From assembly GCA_049512315.1 (NCBI GenBank), contig JBEKXF010000027.1:1-44321 (forward strand): a stretch of DNA of 44,321 nucleotides, written 5' to 3'. Below the pieces are notes generated by a model. The model did no database searches. It had not been told where the DNA came from and saw nothing but the letters and a program-made list of their open reading frames with translations. The DNA is from Candidatus Aminicenantales bacterium. Its GTDB lineage: Bacteria > Acidobacteriota > Aminicenantia > Aminicenantales > Saccharicenantaceae. Position numbers and translations under genes: made by a program. Below are positions 36,132 to 44,321 of the stretch, in pieces. Every line of letters starts with the position of its first letter. Within the stretch, counting starts at the first letter, position 1.

Positions 36132-36145
36132 TGATTCAAATCCGC

Positions 36146-38242
36146 TCATCGGGGCCCCAAGCCGATCCTGACCGGCCGGACCGATTCCTTCTTGATCCAG
36201 ATCACAAGATCGGTCCCGTCGATCGTCCGGACATATCCAAGCTTGAGGGCCGGGCCGCGCTCGACGGGTTGTCCATCAACCGTCACCGCGGCGCTCCCGT
36301 CGCCCCAACCCCGGATATAAAGCACGATATTCACCGCCGGCCTTTCCGTGGCAGCTTGGAGCTCGCAGACCGCGACCGCCGGCCGCCCCGGCTGCGGACA
36401 GGCGAGCACATAGGCCCGCTGCGAAAGGTCATAGCCCTCGGAACGAAGGCCCGGACCCTGAACCGACAAGGCCGGAGCTTGGGTCCAGGACCTTCCGAGC
36501 GTCGCCAGGCCTCCGTATGGGCCCTCAGTGACGCCATAAACCCAACTCGCCCAAGTGGTATCTTCGGGCCCCGCGTGCCTTGGAGGGTCCGTGTAGGAGA
36601 TGGAAAAACTCGTCACGCGGTCGGCCGCCACCGCGTACCGGCCGTCCGAAGGCAGGAGAGAGACCGGGAAGTGGTTGTACGCCGGGAAATTCGAGACGCC
36701 GGCCCTGACCCTCCCGACATAAACGTTCATCTGGCAGCCCGGTTCGAAGAGGATGAAGGGCTTGGTCTTCGACTTCAGGTTCACAACCTGGATATTCGGA
36801 TTCTCGGGCCTGAGCTTCCGCCGGAGGTCAGGATCATTGATCTCTCCGGGCCAGGAGTACACCTGGCTCTCCCCTTTCAGATTGAGGAGCGTCAGGGCAT
36901 CAGGGTTCAGGACGTCCTCTGGGCCTTGGCCCGGCTGGCAGAAGGGAATCGTTTCCTGGATCTCGGACGGAGATTCCGGACCCAGGAACTCCGTGGGCCA
37001 AACCACCTTGCGGACGGCCGTCAGGTCGGGATAGAAATAGTAATACTCGTCCACCCATAATCCCCAGCCCGATTTTTCGTCGACCCGCCAGAAATGGTCG
37101 CGCGAGCTCACGGGGGCGTAGCGCCAGTGGACCACGATCCTGGCCTCGGTCGATTCCAGGATACGGACTTGGGAATAGAGGCACCGGGGGTCTTCCATGT
37201 GTTCGTAGCAGCCTTCGGTGGCGTCCCACGTTTCGAAACTCTGGTCGGCGAGCCACTGCCCGTTTTCCATGACCCAGGCCGGGCCGTAGCGCGTCCCCCG
37301 CCAGAATACGACGCGAACCGGCGAATCGTCGAACTGGACGACGATGTCCGCGGCGGGACCGACGGGCCATAAAGCGTCCCAACCGTCGTCGTATCGGAGC
37401 TTTGTGTAATAGGCTCCAAAACGCCCCGGTCCCGGGGGACCGGAAGGCAGCCCGGGGAGGGCAAGGTCGGGGGCCAGGGCCGGCGGCACAGCCTCATGGG
37501 ACCGTTTCAGCTCGTCGGGGGAGAGCGCCCGAATGAAGATCCTGACCTCGTCCATAATTCCGTCGAACGCGTACCAGCTTTCGAGCGTTCCGACCCCGGG
37601 CCCGACGATATGCGAGGGCTTTCTCTTGTCCGGGTTCATTCCGATCAAAAGGTCGGCGCCGCTGGCGTAGGCCGGGTTCCCCTGGAAAGCCAGCGAGCCT
37701 GCCTCCCGGCCGTCGAGAAACAGGGCGATGCCGCTCCGGCTGTCGAACACGGCGGCGATATGGGACCACTTTCTTGTGGGAACCCTGGCGCGGGACAGGC
37801 ATTCCTTCCATTCGCCGCGGACGGAGACTCTGAGGCCGAATTCGCCCTGGGGTCCGATCCCGAAGGAGTATCCGACGAGCCCGTCATTCTCCTGGCTCAG
37901 GACGGGACACCAGTTCCACGGCAGCGCCGCCGGGGCGACCCAGGCCTCCATCGTGAACGCTTCGCCCAGGCGCGGAGCCTGGTTTCCTTTCCGGATGATA
38001 CGGGTGGTGTAGCCATCGAACCTGAGGCCGGCTCCGGAGATCCCTGGAACAAACTTGAAATGTCCCTCGATCGCATCCTGGACGCCGCTCGCCGCATCGA
38101 GCGCCGTCCGAGTCGTCACTCTGTCGTCGAACGCCCACAGGGCCACCGGGTCCTTTCGAGCGGCCTGTGACCGGAGTTCGGCGACAGCTCCCGATAGAAT
38201 GGCGAAGGCCACAATAAAGGCCCAAAGCTGACGTCTGTTCAC
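36146..38242 (-). CDS. exported LamG/concanavalin-like domain protein with a large uncharacterised C-terminal region
   Basis: Signal peptide; ALWAFD..FDG..FTMEAWV..WSHIAAVFD..LFLDG..FDGIMDEVRIFIRALS; GTG at 38242 behind GGAGGAG. Confidence 0.85.
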   Translation of the reverse strand: MNRRQLWAFIVAFAILSGAVAELRSQAARKDPVALWAFDDRVTTRTALDAASGVQDAIEGHFKFVPGISGAGLRFDGYTTRIIRKGNQAPRLGEAFTMEAWVAPAALPWNWCPVLSQENDGLVGYSFGIGPQGEFGLRVSVRGEWKECLSRARVPTRKWSHIAAVFDSRSGIALFLDGREAGSLAFQGNPAYASGADLLIGMNPDKRKPSHIVGPGVGTLESWYAFDGIMDEVRIFIRALSPDELKRSHEAVPPALAPDLALPGLPSGPPGPGRFGAYYTKLRYDDGWDALWPVGPAADIVVQFDDSPVRVVFWRGTRYGPAWVMENGQWLADQSFETWDATEGCYEHMEDPRCLYSQVRILESTEARIVVHWRYAPVSSRDHFWRVDEKSGWGLWVDEYYYFYPDLTAVRKVVWPTEFLGPESPSEIQETIPFCQPGQGPEDVLNPDALTLLNLKGESQVYSWPGEINDPDLRRKLRPENPNIQVVNLKSKTKPFILFEPGCQMNVYVGRVRAGVSNFPAYNHFPVSLLPSDGRYAVAADRVTSFSISYTDPPRHAGPEDTTWASWVYGVTEGPYGGLATLGRSWTQAPALSVQGPGLRSEGYDLSQRAYVLACPQPGRPAVAVCELQAATERPAVNIVLYIRGWGDGSAAVTVDGQPVERGPALKLGYVRTIDGTDLVIWIKKESVRPVRIGLGPR

Positions 38243-38274
38243 GGCTCCTCCCCGGTGATGCGCAACCCGTCTCT

Positions 38275-39435
38275 TCAATGGCTTTCGCCGAGAATCCTCA
38301 CGACCTCGTCGAGGGTCGCAACCTTGGGATGGTTCCGGTAGTCCGGGAGCACGAGAGACTGAATCGCGAGCGCGGCCAGCTCGTCTTCAGGCACGTGAAG
38401 ATCGCGGAGTTTGAGATCCATCCCGATCTTCTTCATGAAGCGCTCGATCGTACCACACGACATCTCGGCGGCCTTCAGCCCTGTCTCGCCGGCAAGTCTT
38501 TTGTCAAGGATCCGGCCCACGGCGGCGAATTTCGCTGGGGCGGCCCGGAAACTGTAGCGCAGGACCGCCGGGTAGACCACGGCCAGGGCTTCGCCGTGAG
38601 CCACATGCGGATAAAGCCCGCCGATGGCCATGCCGATGCCGTGCGGAAGAGTCACACCGGAGTTGGCGATGCACAGGCCGGCCAGCGTGTCGGCCCACGC
38701 CATGTGCTCTCTGGCCTCGAGGTTTGTTCCGTCCTTGACGGCGGTCGGGAGGTGCTTCGCGACGATTGCCAGGGCTTCCAGAGCCATCAGGTCCGTATAA
38801 GGAGATCCGTTCGGGTTGATAAAACTCTCAAAGGCGTGGGCAAAGACATCGAACCCGGTCGTGGCCGTCACCCGGCCGGGCACGGAACGCATCAGCTCGG
38901 GATCGACAATGCTCGTCCGGGGGTAGAGCAGCGGATGAGACAGCGCAGATTTGTTTTTTTCCCCCGGATTCGTGATAACGGCCACCTGCGTGACATGGGA
39001 TCCGGTTCCCGAGGTGGTCGTTACAGCGATAATCGGCAGGGTTTTGCCGGTCGGCTGGCTTTCCCGGAAAAACAGGTAATCCCAGGCCGTGCCCGGGTGG
39101 GTGGCTTCGACGGCGATCGCCTTGGCTGTATCCATGCTCGAGCCACCGCCGACGCCAAGGACGATGTCGGCCTTGAAGTCCCTCGCTATTCTGGCACCCG
39201 ACGTCACGACTTCGCACGTGGGATTGGACATGACGCCGTCGAAATGGACGAAGGGGATCTTGGCCTCGGTCAGCAATCGTCTGACCCTTCCGAAAAGTTC
39301 CCCGAACTCAGGGGTCTCCAGGACCGTCACGAGTAGACAGCGGCTTCCGATCCGGGCCACGGCTGGCCCGATATCGGCCACGCGGCCCCGGCCGAACCGA
39401 ATTTCCGTTGGTTGGTGGTAGTTGAATGGCTTCAT
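38275..39435 (-). CDS. iron-containing alcohol dehydrogenase
   Basis: PTEIRFG, GGGSSMDTAK, TTSGTGS, VDPELM; metal ligands D..H (FDVFAH), PHG, HGEA. Confidence 0.93.
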   Translation of the reverse strand: MKPFNYHQPTEIRFGRGRVADIGPAVARIGSRCLLVTVLETPEFGELFGRVRRLLTEAKIPFVHFDGVMSNPTCEVVTSGARIARDFKADIVLGVGGGSSMDTAKAIAVEATHPGTAWDYLFFRESQPTGKTLPIIAVTTTSGTGSHVTQVAVITNPGEKNKSALSHPLLYPRTSIVDPELMRSVPGRVTATTGFDVFAHAFESFINPNGSPYTDLMALEALAIVAKHLPTAVKDGTNLEAREHMAWADTLAGLCIANSGVTLPHGIGMAIGGLYPHVAHGEALAVVYPAVLRYSFRAAPAKFAAVGRILDKRLAGETGLKAAEMSCGTIERFMKKIGMDLKLRDLHVPEDELAALAIQSLVLPDYRNHPKVATLDEVVRILGESH

Positions 39436-39499
39436 GTGTTCTCTATCCTCCGAACGAATAAAACCTTGGCTCCCTCTGAAATGCGTCCCGAGCGCCCGT

Positions 39500-40516
39500 T
39501 CAAAGGTCGATAAAGACCTTCATGGATCTGTCTCCTTCCTGGTCGATGAAGTCATAGGCGCTCCGGTAGCTTTCGAAGGGGAAATGAACGGTCTCCAGGG
39601 GCTTGGTGATGACGCGCCCGTCCTTGATCAGTTTGACCGCCTTGATGAAATCCCCCCGCTGGTACATCAGAGTCCCCTTCAGGACGAGCTCCCGGTCCTG
39701 GAGAAATCCCATGTTGACTCGCGGCCGCTCGCCGTAGACTCCGACGGCGATGATCGTCCCGCCTTTCCGGATGGCTCCAATGGCCTGATTGACGGCGGCC
39801 TCGGCGCCGGCGCATTCGAAGGCCGTGTCAAAACCCTTCCGGCCGAATACGCGGGCCGCGGCCTCCTCGAGACCCTCCGCCTTCGCCATGGATACCGACC
39901 GGAGCCTGGACCGCCGGGCGATATCGAGGCGGAAATCGCTGATGTCGGTGATCAAAACGTTCGCGCCCGCGGCCCGGGCAACCTGCCCAAGGAGGTTGCC
40001 GATGGGGCCGGCGCCGAGGACGACTACGTTCGTCCCGCCAATCCGCCCGGCCTGGGCGACCGCGTGGACCCCGACCGCTGTCGGCTCGATCAAAGCCCCC
40101 TGCTCGAAGCTGAACGACGCGGGGAGGGGCACGATCTTCGCCGCCTCGGTGACAAAGAAGTCCTGGGCGCAGCCCGGGGCCTGAAAGCCCTGGACCTTGA
40201 GGACATCGCAGATGTGGTAGTCCCCGCGCCGGCAGGGGCCGCAGCGGCCGCAAACGATCTGGGGAGTGGCCGTGACTTTCAGCCCGGGCCGGATGTTGCG
40301 GACGCGTCTTCCGACGGCCTCGACGACGCCCGAGAATTCGTGGCCCTGGACGACAGGGTAAGAGGTGAACGGGTGGCGTCCGTGCCGGACGTGAACGTCG
40401 GATCCGCAAACCCCGATGGTCTTGATGCGGATGAGGACTTCGTCGGGGCCGGGCTTGGGAACAGGCACGTCCCTGAACTTGATCTCACCGGGAGAAGTCA
40501 TGATCGCTTGTCTCAT
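39500..40516 (-). CDS. zinc-dependent alcohol/polyol dehydrogenase (MDR family)
   Basis: GVCGSD, GHE, CxxCxxC(7x)C structural zinc site, IEP, GAGPIG. Confidence 0.93.
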   Translation of the reverse strand: MRQAIMTSPGEIKFRDVPVPKPGPDEVLIRIKTIGVCGSDVHVRHGRHPFTSYPVVQGHEFSGVVEAVGRRVRNIRPGLKVTATPQIVCGRCGPCRRGDYHICDVLKVQGFQAPGCAQDFFVTEAAKIVPLPASFSFEQGALIEPTAVGVHAVAQAGRIGGTNVVVLGAGPIGNLLGQVARAAGANVLITDISDFRLDIARRSRLRSVSMAKAEGLEEAAARVFGRKGFDTAFECAGAEAAVNQAIGAIRKGGTIIAVGVYGERPRVNMGFLQDRELVLKGTLMYQRGDFIKAVKLIKDGRVITKPLETVHFPFESYRSAYDFIDQEGDRSMKVFIDL

Positions 40517-40944
40517 TCTTGTGCTCCTCGAATTTCCTAATATAATACCCTTCCCGCAGGCTCGATCAAATGAGCGCCTCCGGATTCGGTCGGCAAGCCA
40601 ACGGCGCCCTTCCCGGCCGCAGAGATCTTCACATCAAAGCCGTCACCGCAACGCACCCGGACCGAAAACACGACGAGGAGACGGTCGATGCCGGCCAGGA
40701 GTGAGCGTACGGCCACGGAGAGCCAGCGTCATTCTCGTCGGACGATGCCCACGTCGAAACCGGCTCGGGGCGTGAGGCCGCGGGAAGGGCCGGCCGAAGG
40801 CTCAAGACGTCCTCGTGGGAACGGTCAGCCGGCTCTCACGGGGCGATGGGGTTTCCTTGGGCATGTCTCCATTCCTCTCCCGGAGGGACTGGAGGGGGAA
40901 AGGCCGCGTGGCCCCTCCCTCTTGTCCCCATCATAATGCCGTGT

Positions 40945-43900
40945 TTAGAACCTGTACAGCAGGGAGAACTTGAACATGCGGGATCCGACAAATCCACGGA
41001 GGCCTGTCGAACCCTCGATGTAGGTGCCGGTCGTCGAGCTATTGTCGTCCGGCTTCCATGTCCCGCCGGGGTTCTGGGCGACGGTCAACGTGTAGGCACC
41101 GAGAATGTTGAAAGCGTCTACGAATGCCGCGAGTTTGCCAGGGCCCAGCTTGAAGTCTTTCTCGAGCCTCAAGTCTAGGTTGTCCGCGGCCTCGTTCCGC
41201 CGGGTGCCGGGTGGTTCAACGTAGATGTTGTAGGGTGTCGACGAGACGTTATTGGCCGCCGCCCAGTCCTCCGGCGGCTGGACCGTGACCGTCCGTCCCC
41301 AGGGCGAGCCGTCGGCATGTAGGTAGTTGAACGAGAACATCAACTGGTAAGGCAGGTTGAAGGTGCCATAAAGCTTAATCACGATGGGCCGGCTGTAGGG
41401 CAGTTCGCCATAGGTGTTGACGAAAGAGTTGGGGCTGGTGAACGTGGAGAACGAAGCCCAAGTGGCATAGCCCACAGGATAGTTCCCGGTGCTCTTGGTG
41501 AAGCTGACGGAGCCGCCGAGCTGCCATCCGTTGGACAGTCTTTTATCGAGGCTGACCTCCACGGAATGGTATTTCATGACACCTTGGGGGACATTGGTCA
41601 GGCGGGTGTATTGGTCGGGTGCGTCGTTGGAGAGGAAGTACATGGTGACTTGCTTGGCCGGGAAGTTGCCGGTCGCGGGAACCGTCGTGGTGAACGGGAT
41701 CCACCACTGGGGGGCCTGGTCATGCGTGTACCAGTATTGGCCGGTCGCTTGGTCCCAGAGTACACTGGCCAGGACGTTCTTGCGGTCCTTATGAATATAG
41801 CGGACGCCGACGTTGATGTCCTTGACGAGCTCGTGTTCGATGCCGGCCGTGATCTCATTGATGTGGGGCATCTTGACCTTGGGGTCGATGGAGTCCAGAT
41901 AACCCGTGGAGATCATGTTCAGAGGAGTCTCGTCGTAGAGCACCTGGTAATGGTCGCCGCCCAAGCCCGGGACATCGGGCACGCCGTTGTGGTTGTCGTC
42001 CCACCAGGAAAAATCGTAGCCGTACCAGTTCAGGGGAGGGAGGATTGTTCCGGTGGGGAAGCCCTCCTGCTGGCGGGAGAACGATGCCTTCAGAGCCGTC
42101 TTCCCGTTGCCGAAGAGGTCGTAGGTCAGGCCGACGCGCGGGGAAAACTGAGTGCCATATGGGAAGGCGTTGTTCCAGGCGGGGTACGAGACCGCGGCAT
42201 AAGGGTTGAAGCCGTAGAGGGGCTGGAAGTAGGTGGCACCGAGGGCCAGGGCCACGGGGTCCGTCGCCGCGCCCTTCACCGAGGTCGGCGTCCAGGCCGT
42301 CAGGTGGTCGGCCCGCAGGCCCAGGCTGATCGTCAAGCGCTTGATGGTGAAGGAGTCCTGGATGAAGCCGCCCACCCGGGATGTGATGCTGATACTGTCG
42401 CTGGCTCCGTACGTGGTTCCAATGGCTGCGTAATAAAGTGCGCCGTCGCCGTAGACCGGATCGGTCACGCCGCCGTTTTGAGCCGCCCAATAATAGGGGC
42501 TTCCATCGTAGTAGGTCCAGAACAGGGGCTGCTTCATATAGAAGCCCCAGTCGCCCCGGTTCCTGTCCCATTCCAGGCCGGCCTTGAGCTCGTGGTTTCC
42601 TCCAAGGAAGTTGTCTAGGAACTTGGTGGCCGTCAGCGAGATATTGAACTTGGGCTTGTACGTGTATTGCTCGCCACCCCCTTGGCCCCAGGTATAGCCG
42701 GTGTAGGCGTCTGAGAAATAAGGCCCGTTGGGATTGCCAGCTGCGGTGGTATGCCCTGTCCACTTGAAATACAGCCCACCGGCGCGGAGGTCGATGATCG
42801 TGCTGCTGTTGATAGTCCACGAGACCGTGCTGCCGTAATTGAAGCGGATGGGCTTGTTGTGGTAGTTGGCCTCGTCGGTGAGACTCCAGCCGCTGTAATA
42901 GTATGGGTCATCCTCCATGGAAAAATGTCCCATAGCGGAAGCACGTATATTCTTGGTCAGCTGGGTCGAGAACTTCAGGAAGCCGATATAGTTGGGGAAG
43001 GGACGGTCGTAGTTAGTGTATTGCTTTCCGTTGATGATCGTGGGCCGGAAATCGCCGGTGTACTTGCTATCGATATAACGGAATTCGCCCATGAACCAGA
43101 GCCTGTTCTTGATGATAGGCCCGCCGACGGCCAATGAGGCATCGTACGCGAAGACTGGGATCGAAGGCTTGGCGAGGTTGAGAGTCTGGAGGGCTGCATC
43201 GGGAAGATGGGCTGAGGCAAGGCCGTGGCTCGTGTAGTAGAAGGAGGCCTCACCCGAAAACTTGTTCCCTCCCGATTTCATAACGACGTTGGTTAGTCCG
43301 CTCCCACTGTCAAAGAATTGGGCGGTCGCTCCAGCTGTCACGATCTCGGCTTCTTCCACCATGTCCCAAGCGACTCCCACATCATATCCGAAGGCGACTC
43401 CGCCGACGTCGGGTTCCGTCATTTGGATGCCGTCCATGATGGCGCCGACTTCTCCCCGGCCGTCGCCTTGGATGCTGCCGCCGACGCTCCCCGGGATGAT
43501 GGCATAGATCGAGCTGACGTCGCGCGCCAGGGGAAGGGACGCCAGGACGTCGCTCGTCACGGTTCTGGACGTCGACGATTTCACGACGTCGACCGTGGGC
43601 GTCGGCGCCGTGATCGTGATCTCCGCCTTGAGCGTAGACGGCTTCATCCGGAATTCGACCGAAATCGTTTTCCCGACGTTGATGATCAGGCCTGTCTGGG
43701 TAACCGTCTCAAATCCGGAGATCTCGACTTTGATCTGGTAATCGGAGCCGGGCGTTAGGAGCGGAGCCCGGAATTGCCCTTCCGCGTTGGTCACGGCCGT
43801 GATCTTGCCGAGCAGAGCCGGTCCCGAGATCGTGATGGACACGCCCGGAAGGGGCTGCCCGTTTTCGTCCATGACCTTGCCTCTTATGGATCCGGACTGC

Positions 43901-43974
43901 AGTTCCTGGGAGCTGGCATACGATGTCAGCAAAAGGCAGGCCATGATGCCGATCAAAAAACTCCACTTTCTCAT
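40945..43974 (-). CDS. TonB-dependent outer-membrane receptor (Oar-like, N-terminal carboxypeptidase-regulatory-like domain)
   Basis: Signal peptide; GSIRGKV.D.NGQPLPGV, KSGGNKFSG, GGPIIKNRLWF, FSPRVG..YDLFGNGKTALK; C-terminal Phe; AGGAGG RBS. Confidence 0.92.
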   Translation of the reverse strand: MRKWSFLIGIMACLLLTSYASSQELQSGSIRGKVMDENGQPLPGVSITISGPALLGKITAVTNAEGQFRAPLLTPGSDYQIKVEISGFETVTQTGLIINVGKTISVEFRMKPSTLKAEITITAPTPTVDVVKSSTSRTVTSDVLASLPLARDVSSIYAIIPGSVGGSIQGDGRGEVGAIMDGIQMTEPDVGGVAFGYDVGVAWDMVEEAEIVTAGATAQFFDSGSGLTNVVMKSGGNKFSGEASFYYTSHGLASAHLPDAALQTLNLAKPSIPVFAYDASLAVGGPIIKNRLWFMGEFRYIDSKYTGDFRPTIINGKQYTNYDRPFPNYIGFLKFSTQLTKNIRASAMGHFSMEDDPYYYSGWSLTDEANYHNKPIRFNYGSTVSWTINSSTIIDLRAGGLYFKWTGHTTAAGNPNGPYFSDAYTGYTWGQGGGEQYTYKPKFNISLTATKFLDNFLGGNHELKAGLEWDRNRGDWGFYMKQPLFWTYYDGSPYYWAAQNGGVTDPVYGDGALYYAAIGTTYGASDSISITSRVGGFIQDSFTIKRLTISLGLRADHLTAWTPTSVKGAATDPVALALGATYFQPLYGFNPYAAVSYPAWNNAFPYGTQFSPRVGLTYDLFGNGKTALKASFSRQQEGFPTGTILPPLNWYGYDFSWWDDNHNGVPDVPGLGGDHYQVLYDETPLNMISTGYLDSIDPKVKMPHINEITAGIEHELVKDINVGVRYIHKDRKNVLASVLWDQATGQYWYTHDQAPQWWIPFTTTVPATGNFPAKQVTMYFLSNDAPDQYTRLTNVPQGVMKYHSVEVSLDKRLSNGWQLGGSVSFTKSTGNYPVGYATWASFSTFTSPNSFVNTYGELPYSRPIVIKLYGTFNLPYQLMFSFNYLHADGSPWGRTVTVQPPEDWAAANNVSSTPYNIYVEPPGTRRNEAADNLDLRLEKDFKLGPGKLAAFVDAFNILGAYTLTVAQNPGGTWKPDDNSSTTGTYIEGSTGLRGFVGSRMFKFSLLYRF

Positions 43975-44077
43975 GCTGCTTCCTCCTTTTTAACAAACCC
44001 CAATTAAAACCCTTGCCTCCCTAAAAATTTTCTGCGTATAGTTCGTCGCCACCTCCCTTTCCCAAGTTAGGAATTTA

Positions 44078-44100
44078 TACTTTCGTATATTAAGGAAGTA
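44078..44100. promoter_or_regulatory. candidate ROK-family operator
   Basis: Imperfect palindrome TACTTtC-N9-GgAAGTA, about 100 bp upstream of the receptor and just downstream of the ROK gene. Confidence 0.5.
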
Positions 44101-44190
44101 ATCAAATAAAATGCCAGCAACAAAACGCTTCTCCACCATGTTAGAAATTACAAGACGTCTGTCCGGTTAGCACTGCCCCAAGAAATAAAG

Positions 44191-44321
44191 TCATTTGCCG
44201 GCCCTGAAATTGATATTCTCATGATCCAAATTGACGACACCGCTGAGGATGAGGGATATCGCACCCATGACGGCCGCCCTGGGGCCAAACGTTGCGGGCT
44301 GGATGACGACGTCGCCGGCCG
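44191..44321 (-). CDS. 3' end of a ROK-family protein (XylR/NagC-like regulator), partial
   Basis: Not in the ORF track; 44319->44191 reads AGDVVIQPATFGPRAAVMGAISLILSGVVNLDHENINFRAGK*, matching the ROK C-terminal I..A..G..A...GA pattern. Confidence 0.7.
   Translation of the reverse strand, partial: AGDVVIQPATFGPRAAVMGAISLILSGVVNLDHENINFRAGK

Noticed and set aside
40517..40944. GC-rich 430-bp gap with imperfect hairpins after the receptor (terminator, ncRNA or REP candidate)
   Set aside because: The stems are imperfect, lack U-tracts and do not recur elsewhere in the window.
21301..42820. Long antisense or alternate-frame ORFs (e.g. 21301-22680, 34576-36129, 38278-39336, 39422-40540, 41566-42618)
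   Set aside because: They are shadows of real genes, expected in high-GC DNA with biased codon usage, and have no motifs.
43983..44057. Three GGAGG motifs in the receptor leader (Csr/Rsm sites or leader peptide)
   Set aside because: Only one precedes a start codon, and no GGA-loop hairpins or uORF could be supported.

Overview
GC-rich bacterial DNA. The Oar-type TonB receptor, STAS protein and gene style suggest Acidobacteriota/Ca. Aminicenantes (inference only). (1) 1-3650 is a lower-GC mosaic with four minus-strand 3'-half tRNA(Arg)-like fragments (294-340, 1912-1950, 3144-3185, 3565-3599). Three of them lie near 11-bp-phased direct repeats, two near IHF-consensus sites, and 0-2 cargo genes separate them. 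It looks like a stack of integrase attachment-site junctions, with no integrase and no intact tRNA in view. (2) 3804-11943 holds pepP, a GH29 fucosidase homologue with Glu at the Asp-nucleophile position, an orphan gcvPA/gcvPB pair with a divergent active site (no gcvT/H/L), and two SDRs. (3) 12248-18264 (+) holds a Tat-exported GH63/MGH1-like hydrolase split by one in-frame TGA, a GH10 lipoprotein and a GH39-like/F5-8C protein. (4) 18261-44321 (-) is a SusD-less polysaccharide-utilisation locus: ROK regulator (3' end), TonB-dependent receptor, Zn- and Fe-alcohol dehydrogenases, LamG+unknown-domain protein, CUT2 sugar ABC transporter, two GH95, a DUF4185-like lipoprotein, two GH78-like and one GH141-like enzyme, consistent with fucose/rhamnose-rich glycan use. 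Family calls come from motif recognition by eye; no searches were run.
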